Of a stretch of DNA of 64,000 nt, positions 23,459-34,922 are shown one piece after another (positions within the stretch are counted from its first letter, which is position 1; every line of letters begins with the position of its first letter). Origin of the DNA: Pseudogymnoascus verrucosus (lineage: Eukaryota). The DNA lies in the NCBI GenBank assembly GCA_001662655.1, contig KV460210.1. The stretch is one strand, 5' to 3'. A program made the translations under genes and the position numbers. The notes beneath the pieces are model-generated. The model was given only the letters and a program-made list of their open reading frames with translations. It searched no databases and was not told where the DNA came from.

Positions 23459-24523
23459 ATGACTTCCGTCCCAACCATTCGCTGGGGGATAATTGGTACG
23501 GGCTGGATCTCAACTGAGGTTGTCAAGGACTTGATTCTCGAACGCCCCGACGCAAAAGCTGTGCATGTAATCCAAGCCATTGGCTGCTCTTCCCTTTCCA
23601 AAGGCCAAGCGTTTGCTAAGTCCACGATTCCGCATCTATCGCCTACAGTCTATGGCTCTTATGCCGAGTGTTACGCTGATCCAAAAGTCGACCTCATTTA
23701 TATCGGAACTCCTCACGCATTCCATAAGGATAATTGTCTCGAAGCCATCCAACATGGGAAGCATATCTTATGCGAGAAGGCTTTCACGTTGAACGCACGA
23801 GAGGCACGCGAGGTATTTGCTGCGGCAAAGGCCAAAGGCGTCTTTATTATGGAGGCTATGTGGACGCGTTTCTTTCCGCTTATGCAGACCTTACAACGGC
23901 TGCTGCATGATGAGAAGATCATTGGTGATATTCTACGGGTATTTGCGGACTTTGGCCTCAACATGGATGTCAAATCTTTAGGGCCCGAATCCCGTTTGAA
24001 GAACAAAGCGCTGGGGGCTGGGTCTTTGCTCGATGTTGGTATTTATAGCTTAACATGGGGACTGCTATGCTTGGATCGAAATATTGCGGACAAGGCGGAG
24101 AAGCCAAAGGTCGTGTCCCTACTGAGTCTCGAAGAGGGTGTTGATATGACTTCATCATTTCTACTGTTGTACCCTTCGACAGGGAGGCAAGGAATCCTCA
24201 CTTCCACCATGAGTGTAAAGTCCGATGAAACATTCGCACGAATTGAAGGCAGCAAAGGAACCATCTTTGTTGAGGGCCCCGGAACTTCAATCCCATCGAG
24301 GTTTAAGTACGTCCCAAATAATAAAGATGAAAAGGAGAAGGTATTTGAGTTTGAGAAGCCGGGCGCGGGATATTATTACGAGGCGGATGCTGTTGCCATG
24401 GATATCCAAGCGGGGAGGACGGAAAATGCGGTCATGCCGTGGGCTGAGACAATCAGAGTTATGGAGATTATGGATGACATTCGGTATACAAACGGAGCGT
24501 TATTCCCTCAGGACGCAGAATAG
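23459..24523 (+). CDS. Gfo/Idh/MocA oxidoreductase (dihydrodiol dehydrogenase / D-xylose 1-dehydrogenase-like), intronless
   Basis: IRWGIIGTGWIS, YIGTPHAFH, KHILCEKAF, MEAMWTRFFP and GAGSLLDVGIY motifs; start MTSVPT at 23459. Confidence 0.92.
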   Translation: MTSVPTIRWGIIGTGWISTEVVKDLILERPDAKAVHVIQAIGCSSLSKGQAFAKSTIPHLSPTVYGSYAECYADPKVDLIYIGTPHAFHKDNCLEAIQHGKHILCEKAFTLNAREAREVFAAAKAKGVFIMEAMWTRFFPLMQTLQRLLHDEKIIGDILRVFADFGLNMDVKSLGPESRLKNKALGAGSLLDVGIYSLTWGLLCLDRNIADKAEKPKVVSLLSLEEGVDMTSSFLLLYPSTGRQGILTSTMSVKSDETFARIEGSKGTIFVEGPGTSIPSRFKYVPNNKDEKEKVFEFEKPGAGYYYEADAVAMDIQAGRTENAVMPWAETIRVMEIMDDIRYTNGALFPQDAE

Positions 24524-24722
24524 TTAGGATGAATGGTCTTTCTCATGAAGTAGCCGGAGCATCGATCTGCGTGTCATGGTGATTAGGTTATTATTAGATA
24601 ATTATACTGAAATTGTGCATAGCTATCAGACGGGTTCGGGAGACAGTGTCGCGCAAAGTGAGAGTTTTGTTAATAAGTATCATTAATAATAATACAGATT
24701 GATAGGGTTCCACCATTGCGAG

Positions 24723-27346
24723 TCAGTCATCTAAGTCTCCCCAGTATTCTTTGAGATCGTCAACCCTCCACTTTGTATCCCAGCCTGTCTCCTTCTCAAT
24801 CCGTTCCAGGATTCTCAAAATCGCAGAATGCTCGCTTGGATGGCTCATTACTTTTCCAGCTATCCACAGAGGTTGCACAGAGTTCGTCCAGGAGCCGTGG
24901 TGTGTATTTGACTCCGAAATAGCACAGATCTGCCGTGCGTGCCAGAGGATTGAACGCTAGAAAGAACCACACCGTATAATTAGCGACTGGTATAAATGAA
25001 AGAGTTGGACTTAATATAGACTGAATGAACTTACCGACTGTTTCCCAAGGTTTATACCTTTCGGTTTTACTTGAAGCATCATTAGTGTTGAGGTGTGGTA
25101 TAATTGATTTCCAGAGACTGCCAGATATTAGATTATAAAAATCGAGTCTTTGATTTCACATACTTGCTGAGCCGTTCCCATACAAGACTGTCGGAAATGG
25201 GTTTTGGAAGTCTTCTGCTACTACTGGAATGGCTAGAAGAGGCTTCATTTCTTCGGGTCTGTCAGTATACCAACTTTGTAGGATATCATACAACTTTTGC
25301 CATCGTAGAGCATAGCCATCTTGTTGGTTTTGCGGGCGTGATATATCAAAGTGGCTGGTCCTGTTAGAATTTAACAAGTGCAGAACGCTGGCGCAAATGA
25401 AGACTGAATAATTTGCCCAAACATCAAAAGTGTTCGATGGGTTGCGGAAGAGGTTGTGATCTTCCCATGCATCTCTACCGGAAGTCCAACGGTTAAGAGG
25501 AATAAGAGTTTCTTCTTGTGAGATTAGACCCCCACAGACATCTGTAATTAGAGTAGTTAGTAACTTATTAGACTGAATTAGAGCCGCGAAATACATACCC
25601 ATTCTAGCAAAGCACCAGAAAAGAGCCTGCTCAACCTCACCCACAAAGCCATGGATACGAATGGCTTCTATCAAATTTGCACAACCATCTAAGTGCCGCC
25701 TCCATTCCTTTGGAGAACCTTGTATTATTAGTCACAGCATCATTTTAGGTCAACAGTTACCTACAGCTCATCATCTCTAAAACGCATAGAATTACACAAG
25801 AAGCCATAACTTCTGTATTTCTGGTGTGAAGCTCTGGTAACAGGAGGTGTATTGCCTCCTGATATAAAGCAAGGCTCTCCGATGAGGGCAATAAGGGGTT
25901 TTTTCTTTCCAATTGTCGAGCTGACAATGCCAATATTGAATATTTAAGCTGTGGTGATGATTTTGCCATTATCGGGAGTTTGAACTCAAAATGGCGCTGA
26001 TTGTCGAACTTGTCAAGCTGAGCAGAGTTAGCAAACAGAGTATATTGTCTCTATTAATAATGATAGCGGATAAAGAACAAAACAAATCGGATTTAATAAT
26101 CGCGGACCTACCCATGGGGCCAATTCATCAATGTAGTTTTTCCATAATATATACTCGCGATTGGGCGTAAGTTCAGGTGGCTTATGAGTTTCGGAATACG
26201 ACAAGCAATTATCGTTGGGTAGACCATCTCCCTGCGGTCGTACCGTTTCCTGTGAGAATGGTCCTGGGTTTGGCTGAGATTCCGGAGTTCCAGACCTAGT
26301 GGCAGCGTTTGATCTTGCTGTATGTATTATGTGATTGCGAAGGGTAGTATGTAATTCCCGGTACGCTGAACCAGGAAGAAAAATGCCTTGAGATGAATCA
26401 AAGAGCTGGTTGTCAAAAATCGGCTCGTTGAAAATCCTCTGTCGGGCTTGTGGGTGCATGTTGTCATTCTCCGGTTGTCTGATATTGATGGGCAATGGTT
26501 CTTGATCTTGTTGAGAGTCTGGATGTCGGGTGTACCTCAACGCAAGTAATTCGGCTGCCACTTCTCCAGTGTGGAATATAGGGTCTGCTTCTGACAGGTT
26601 ACTGTGTTGTATATCACTATACATTGGCTGTGACTGAGGTGTTGAGCCATGAATAGTTGCATGTTCATGATTCGGAGTAAGTTCCGAATCAGACATTGTG
26701 TCCATGGGCATATAGCCATCTTCACATATTGCAAATGAAATGTTGTTATATGGGGATCTATGGAAGGAGTGTTGTGAGGTGGATGAATGAGCTCTATCTG
26801 TGCTTGCCATGTATTCGCTGCTTTGAGGCGTATCTTGATCTTGGTCTTTTGAAGGCGCATTATTTTGTTTGGCTTTTGATATCTCTGGCATAATATCTGG
26901 TATCTGAGTCTCTTGTTAGCAAAGAGCCTCTGAGAAAAGTATACGCTGGTTTAAGATCTAACAGACGCCATATTGCTAGAGGTATTTTCTAATACTAACA
27001 GGATGTCTTATAGACGGGTTCTCTATAGCCAGGCTATTTGGATGGACAGCTTTAAATCTAATATCTGTGCCCCATGCACACAATTCTCGGCGATGGTGAC
27101 AACTGTCACATTTCGGTCTTCTTTCATCACCTAAAAATATACTTTAGATTTAGATTTCTAGATTAATAGGCTCATTGTGCGTCTACCACAGAATCACTCA
27201 CATTTTTTGTGTCGTCGGCGACAGTTGACGCAGCCGGTTCTTGTCCGCCTTGGCTGATTTGGACGACTCCGAACGGAGCTTTCACCTTGTGGCACAATTC
27301 CTTCCGAGACTGGTTCGGGCCGAGTCTGCAATTCTATAATCTCCAT
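24723..27346 (-). CDS. Zn(II)2Cys6 transcription factor with C-terminal fungal TF domain
   Basis: RTRTGCVNCRRRHKKC/DERRPKCDSCHHRRELCAW binuclear cluster split by an intron. Later exons include APWLDKFD..LKYSILALSARQ..WTNSVQPLWIAG..LERIEKETGW..DLKEYWG. Confidence 0.9.
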
Positions 27347-27811
27347 GGCAAATAATATGCCATAGGTGAGTTCGCCAGGGTTTTTTTTAGGGTAGACCAA
27401 CGGAACAAATTAGTTCACGCATAAAGATTCACATATGGCGGGGAACGGCAGGAAGCCTGGGAGTTGGCGGCAAAAAGTGCCAGTTATGGACTAGTTCCGT
27501 CTAGTGGATTCCTGGCTTGTACCTCGACGTCTCGAGGCCCCCGTCGTCAACTTTAATTGCCGACCACTTCTATTACCTAATTGTCGGAACCAATCGTTCG
27601 TTCTACTGAAGTGGAATGAAAGGTTGGTTGTCATGATTAAGGTTAATTGCTTTCTTCTCACATAATCTTTAGTGTCTCAATCGAAGTAGGCTTCTTGAGA
27701 GATGGGCAAAAGTCATATTTTTGCTCCTTTCGGACTTTATGGAGGTATAGTATATAGTTAGGCGTCCATCTTATAAATATTTCTTCAGCTAGTCCAAATT
27801 TTGCATACCAA

Positions 27812-29859
27812 CTACAAAGCCTTGAGGTCGTCATGGCATACCTCTTGTTCTGAGATCTTGTCTCCATCTGTAGATCCGGCCTCGGGTGAATGCTCAGCAC
27901 CCGCAATAGAACCCATTGACGGATGCCAGTGAATTATGACCTTCTCTCCCGTGAATAGTTTGTCGATTTGCTCTAGTGAGAGATTCTGGGTCTCCGGATA
28001 GAAGAACCAGATCAGTGGGATGAAAAAGAAGTTGAAGACTGCGAAGTAGATGTATGTCTTCCATCCAATACTATTGATGCTCACGGGAGTAATCTCAACC
28101 ACAAGGAAGGTAAAAATCCCTAAAATGGAACATTAACATTCAATTTGCCGGAGAATAGCCGGATATGAAGAGAACTTACAGTTTGAAGCAGTTGCAAGAG
28201 AAGCGGCACGAGTACGAATTGCCAATGGTGCATACTCGGCCGGCACTGCATTTTATTAGGCAAGTTTCAAAACATTAAGATATAGAGGAACTTACAGAGC
28301 CAAGGGATCGCTAGTAATCCTACGGCGAAGAAAAAATTAAATAGAAACAGCATCACAATTGCAACAACTCCACCAGCTTTGGTACCCGAAGATACAGTTC
28401 CGGCAAGTATGGCCATGCAAGCACACTGACCAGCAGCTGCGAAAAGCATGAGCTTTCGTCGGCCGAGGCTGATTGAGCGTCAGTATTCACTTTAATTTAA
28501 TACCACTGGGAATTCTTACCGGTCTATAATCCATATTGGGATTAATGACGAGAAAAAGTATGCGACCCCTGTATATGTGAGCAGAAATTATCATTGGATC
28601 AAATCCATTACTCACCATTGAAGCCGGCAAGTAATAGGGCTAGATTGTGTGAAAGTTTGACAGAGTTTTCGAAGATTACAGGAGCATACTATTTCCTGTT
28701 AGTAAAAGAGCAAAAGAGGCACACCAGATCACAATAGCTTTGACTCACGTAAGTGATGAGGTTGATGCCAGACAGTTGTTGCATGAATTGTCCGCCGATA
28801 CCAAGAAGAACTCTGTGGCGAAACTTTTGTGGTCCGTTCTTTAGCAACGCTGTCTTGCTACGCCCCTCAGTAGCCGCTCTTTCTTCGTTGACGGCATTCT
28901 GGATTTCCAAAATTTGTCTGTTGATGGCAGGATCTGATTCAGTTATTGAGTTTGGGTCCATCTCCAATGCCCATAGGATATGGCGTGCTTCGCTGTGTCT
29001 TTCGTGCGCAATGAGCTGGGAAGTTTGTCAGTAAACTCTGGTCTTATTGTAGCAGAGCAGTAGAATACATACCCATCTGGGGGATTCGGGAAGAAACAGT
29101 ATGCCAGCAAAGGTTACAACTGCGAAAACAATCTGCAGAGCAAGGGGAACTCGGAATTGTGCACCACTGCTGACGTAGCTGAATCCGTAGTCTACCCAAT
29201 AAGCAGTCATGACCCCGAAGATGTTGATAGCCAACTCAATTGCCAGCTAAGATATATGTCAGTAGTATTCTCGAGATGTGATCAAATATAAATTACCCCC
29301 TTGCCACGCTTTTTTGCTTGCATCAATTCAGAATGCCACACAGGGATCGTACTTGTGTTCATCCCATTTCCAAGTCCTGCAACAATCCGGCCAACGATCA
29401 TGTGTGGGATGGTATATGCGGATGCCTGAAGCGCTGCCCCAATGCTGAGCACGATACATCCAAGCATGATACAGTTTCTTCGTCCCAACCGTTCACCAAA
29501 CATGAAGCAGAATATTGCTCCAAAGAAACAACCCTCCAAAAAATGTTAGCCCGCTGCAACATTAGATTTAAGAAGAGCACTCATACGATTTCGTAGATAG
29601 CAACGACTGTGCCTTGAAGAGATGAGCTTCCAGTACCGCTTGGAGTAGTGTCAATTTCCGGGAATTGCTTTATAAAAGCGGCTCCTGACAATAGCCCAGA
29701 CATTACTCCCTGGTCATAGCCAAATCTGAAAATCTAGTCAGTAACAGTATTCGCAATATGAGCGTGTGTGCCAAAGTGATTATGGACATACAAGAGAAAG
29801 CCGCAACCAGCAGTGGCTGTGATAGCCCATGACAGAGGACGACCAGTAAGGACCGTCAT
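27812..29859 (-). CDS. Sugar porter family MFS transporter (STL1-like sugar/polyol:H+ symporter), multi-intron
   Basis: FGYDQGVMSG, YEIGCFFGA, GERLGRR, GRIVAGLGNG, PESPRW, QQLSGINLITYY and FFYPET motifs across many short exons. Confidence 0.92.
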
Positions 29860-29985
29860 AGTAGCAACGGCTTGTTTTAGATGTTTGTAATTAATGCTGA
29901 TTGAGATGCCAATACGAGGTTGAAAATGGCAGCGTTGCAGGATATATACAGTTTGTTACTCTCACCAGCATTCTTCTAAGGGATG

Positions 29986-30005
29986 ACTGTGGGGTAACTG
30001 TGGGG
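29986..30005. promoter_or_regulatory. Tandem CreA-type sites (ACTGTGGGG x2) in the transporter/SDR divergent promoter
   Basis: GTGGGG at 29989-29994 and 30000-30005 within a 9-bp direct repeat, about 130 nt upstream of the transporter ATG. Confidence 0.4.
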
Positions 30006-30726
30006 CCCCGGAATCCAGTACGGCCAGTCTAGCACGACTAGGGTAGCCATCATTCTTCACATTTCACCTTGTACTCATTATAGCATGTCAGTATAGAGGC
30101 GCATGGGAATAGTTGTTGCCGATCCTAGCATTTACAGCGATGTCCAAATGGAGTGCATCCCTCCTTAGACGACGAAAAATGGGGTCGTGTTGGCGGTAAC
30201 CGGAAAAGGAAAGTTTACACGCAGTCATGCTTTGGACCAGTAAAAGGGTCGCTTGCAACTGGGCCATCCTAGCACCTAGGGACTAGAATGCCTGCCATTT
30301 ATCGACCCCGATTTCTCCGCATCGTATCCCGACCTATCCCCACTCTCGGACACTCTCCGCGCACCGAATAACAACTTCTTTCTCATCGCGTGGTTTGTCG
30401 CCTGGCGTGGGAAGAAAATCGCACTATTCGAAACCTTTACCATGACATCACGGAGAGGAGGGAGTTTGTTCCGCAGCGCGTAATCATGTACGTATAACTG
30501 CAGTCTTGCGGGTCAGTGGATACAGCGGATCTAGCAGTTCACTCTAGATGGGTCGTATCTATGCACTCTCACACTCTCACTTGAACCTAATAATGGCTGC
30601 CCTTCGTTCACATTTTAAACATCACAATTCCTTTCTTCATCTCTTCTCAACTTCAACATCATTGCCCAAAATATATTCAATTTTCTTCTCTTCCAATACT
30701 CCATTCTTCGTCGTCACATCTTCACA

Positions 30727-31705
30727 ATGGGCTCTATATCCATCAGTCCCGATACGGCGGTGCCCGCGCATATCCTAGAATCCAGGCAAACGCCAGCCAA
30801 TGCGGCCCTTTTCTCGCTGAGCGGGAAAACGGTCATTATTACAGGCGGAGGCAGAGGCTTGGGCATAGTTCTAGCCGCTGCTGTTCTCGAGGCCGGTGGC
30901 TGCGCAGCTTGCATCGACATTCTGCCCGCACCCTCGGGCGCCGAATGGAATGATCTCCAGGTTATCGCTAAGAAGTCCAACTTGCGCGCTACCTACCACA
31001 AATGTGACATCACGACAGAATCAGAGCTCTCGGAATGTTTCGATCAGATTGCCGCAGAAGGCACTCGCAATGGAGCGCCGTTGGGGGGGACAATTGCCTG
31101 TGCAGGGATCCAGCAGAAGATCCCCGCTGTTGATTACCCAGCTGATAGCTTCAGGAGAATTATGGATGTGAATGTCACTGGAACATTCTTGACCATCAAG
31201 CATTCGGCCAGGATTTTCATGGCGGAGCGCACAAAGGGGAGTATTGTCATGATTGCTTCCATGTCCGGCCAGGTTGCAAACAGGGTCAGTTTTCTTCTAA
31301 GGATTTCTCTGCATTGAAGAGGGCTAACTTCTGTAAAGGGCTTAACTTGCACAGCTTACAATACCTCAAAAGCTGCAGTTCAACAGATGTGCAGGTCGGT
31401 TGCTCAAGAATGGGGTCAGTTTGGTATAAGGGTCAACACACTATCACCTGGCGTAAGCTCATCTCGATCCCCATTTTTGGATAAGCCACTAATTAAATAA
31501 ACAGTATATCCGAACAGCCATGACTGACGAACTCCTCACCGCTGAGCCAGAAGTTGAGAAGACGTGGATGGCAGGCGCTCTATTAGGCAGACTTGGAACA
31601 CCAGAGGATTTCAAGGCTCCGGCGGTGTTCCTGTTGGCAGATGGGAGTTCTTTCATGACAGGGGCAGACTTGCGAGTAGACGGAGGGCACTGCGCTTCAG
31701 CTTAA
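30727..31705 (+). CDS. Short-chain dehydrogenase/reductase, polyol dehydrogenase-like (D-arabinitol dehydrogenase / sorbose or L-xylulose reductase group), 3 exons
   Basis: TGGGRGLG cofactor motif, IASMSG, catalytic YNTSK, IRVNTLSPGY and FMTGADLRVDGG. Confidence 0.92.
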
Positions 31706-32021
31706 TATACCGCGATTGATATAAGAAATAAAAATTAGAATTAAATGTTCCTTGTGGATATCTGTTTCCATTTGCTCTCTGCTATTAATCACTTATGAAA
31801 ATTATTATCAACTCTGTTTATATACTCTCAAATAACAATTCCTGGCTACTTACATTATCAATTAGACGATTCGACTGCCTGGAAACGAAATTTAACTCTT
31901 CATTATTCTATCATTTTTCCTTTTTATTTATTACCAACTTAAAACCCTCATAAACATTTTTGCATTGTAATTAATTGATTATTTTATTATACCGTTTAAG
32001 CGATTGCTTTTAACAAACAGC

Positions 32022-34117
32022 CTATTGAGAGATTATGCGCTCATCTTTCAAGCCCTCTAGTATTCCCTGGAGCACACTAACAACTCCCATCGCACCTGGA
32101 TCTGGAATACCTCCTTCCACCTCAAATATTTCCTTGCCCACGTAGCTCGCCCTTCCCAAAACGGCATCTAATTTCCGTGTCGCTTCGGCCCCGTTTCTGG
32201 CTTCCATGACTGCGGCCTCCAGGCTGCTACCGCTAGCGAAAGCCTCTGTAAATGGGATCAACGCATCCATCAATGTCTTATGTCCCTTCCTCGCAGACGT
32301 ATAGCGACAGAGCTGAGCAACTCCTGAGTTTAGAGCTAGTCGAATACGCATGCTTAAGAATCCGGGGTCACTGCCGTCAAAGGGTGATGACAGATGGTTA
32401 GTCACTGCGTTGAAGAAAATTGCATATATGGCGCCCGAGGTTCCTCCCATGGATGATTCAATTGTGTTGGATATTACCCTGAATATAGAGACAATGTCCA
32501 TAGGGGCCTCTGACGAAGTCTGTAAAAGTGCAGCGCAGACGGCTAATATCAACAAGTCAGAATATGCAAATGGAAAGTTTATAAGTTTTGGACTTGCTTA
32601 CATTTTACACCCTTGAGTAGCGTCTCTCCACAATCCCCATCTCCAGCAATAGTATCGTATCTTGTGATCATTGGCTCATCTGTCACGACAGATTTTAGAA
32701 CAAAGCCGAGCAAGGTATGGAGTATTTCGGTGCCTATCAAATCTTCTTTCTATTCGTCAGTACTTTAATTTAAGAAAGATTTAGACGAGAAGTTCTTACC
32801 TTGAATCGCGTACTCGATATGAATTGGTGATGCCTTTGCTAAGACAGAATCGTTCACGAGTCTCTGGTTCGTATTTTCTGCGATTCCCAAAGCAGGGCTT
32901 CCAGTTATGTTCGGCCAGGCAGGCGCGGTTGTCTGGTCGTTCAGAAGAGATTCTGTCAATGGGTCTAATTCCAGTATGGTAACTGAAAATCCAGGTCCAT
33001 TTAGCGATGAAACAAAAGTACCCACGAGCGTTCTTCGTATGTCGAAGCCAACTGCTTCCAGTTGGCCCATGACCTCGTTAGCAATAATGTGCAGCTCCAA
33101 AATACTTAAACCACCGAGGTTGTTTATCATGGTTGCGATTGGCTTTCCTTTGTCCAACTCTGATATCTTGAGAATCTCAAGCACATTTGCGACCGTCGAT
33201 GGCATCGATGGGATCTTTTCCCTCCTCGTCCCAGGTTCATTATGGATACCTTGTAAGATGTTAATAACTGCCTGTATGATATGTCTTTAGAGAGTAAAAT
33301 TACCCATTCCATATTCCAGAAGGTTGAACGGCAGGCTTTCTTGCTTCCCTCGCTTTGGTACACTGCATCGATCAAGGCTCACGCCTGCAGTAACCATGCG
33401 GTCTGAGACAGATTGTGCAACTTGGGTAACTTCTTCGAGGGATGAACTGGATAAATTAGCATTAGACGTTTGAACAAACTTGGACCGGACGAACGTACCC
33501 TCTACTCGCCATTGCGCCTGCTATCTTATGTACAAAGGCAACACCAGCGAGGCCTCGACGCCCTACAAGCTCATTGCCCTCCACCGAAACATCATCCCCA
33601 ACGAATACGACATTAACCTCCAATCCCTCCGATTTTGCTTTTTCAGCAGCAAGACCGAAGTTGAGTTTGTCTCCCGTGTAATTCTTGACGATCATGAGAA
33701 TCCTAGGCAGGATTTTGTCAGCGCGCGGTTTATTTCAGTTCGGATATTCACAGCTTTACCCTTTTGGCGACTTCAACGCTTTTAGGCCCGCTAAGACTTG
33801 AGAAGCCGATGGAGATGCGAATATGTCACCTGAAACGCAAACGTCAAGCATTCCACCTCCTAAGTAACCTGCGTGAGCTGGCTCATGTCCAGACCCGCCA
33901 CCAGATAGCAACAAGACTTTCTGTTGGTTTTGTTGATGATAAAGGACTGATACCAAATTAGTATTCGCTGACGACAGGCGAGCCTTCTAGCCTTTCGATG
34001 CATCTTACCTCTCTGCGATTCTATTAATCTGAGAGATCTGTCCTGGCGCAAGAAGCTCTTCAGAGCCTGGCCGACAGGATCCTCCACCGCATTTACGAAG
34101 TGCTTTCCTAGAGTCAT
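32022..34117 (-). CDS. Dihydroxyacetone kinase family (Dak1+Dak2 domain) kinase, cluster paralog, multi-intron
   Basis: MTLGKHF.., [62 protein letters not shown] and PDPGA motifs. Confidence 0.92.
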
Positions 34118-34922
34118 AATCGATCGACACTGGATAATAATTCTTGGATTGTAGAAAAAGCTTGCAGATCCTAAGGTCCAAGGTGTTGCCAATGATTCCG
34201 ACACCACGATGGAGTTCTTTCAAGGCCTTCTTCTACATTGTGCCCAGTCGATGGCATAGTCTTGAAAACATACTATGGGCGAGGCCCAGACTACGGCTAA
34301 AATTACTGATTATGGTTATTATGTGGCCAGAACATATAATCACTTGGGAAAGAAAAAAGGCGTTCGAAAGAAAATATAGAGACGGCAGGGGATTCACTTT
34401 CCTGGACGATGGGGTTGGTTGAATGGTGCGCCTTCAGACAGCTCCCGCATCTCCTATCTCTGGCCGACTTCAGCAACCGAACTTCAATAACATCTAGACC
34501 AATACCAGTGGATCGTGACACTCAAAAAACTGTCAGCGGATAGGAATGATTCGAGTAGATGGGAAAGATTGTGAATTCGGCCGTGTCTGTCGGCAGATCC
34601 TCGGACAGTGCGGGGAAATTGCCAGGCTGCGTGTATATATTCCATTTTAGGATAGCGCCACCCAACGCCAAGTTCTATACAACTCCACGAATCGCAGTCT
34701 AAACAATTATGATTGTACCAAATAGGTAATATTACTCGCTCTACGCGGCAGCATCTTGATCTTGCGTTATGGTAAGTCAGAGCAAAAGTAAGTTAGAGTA
34801 CCAAGGTTGCGGGCAAGATTTGATATACAAATTATTAGATTCTGCCCTGAAAAGGCTATATCAACCTTCAACCTTTGCGTGCTTTCGTTTTCTACTTCTC
34901 TATTACACTTTTTCCTATCACC

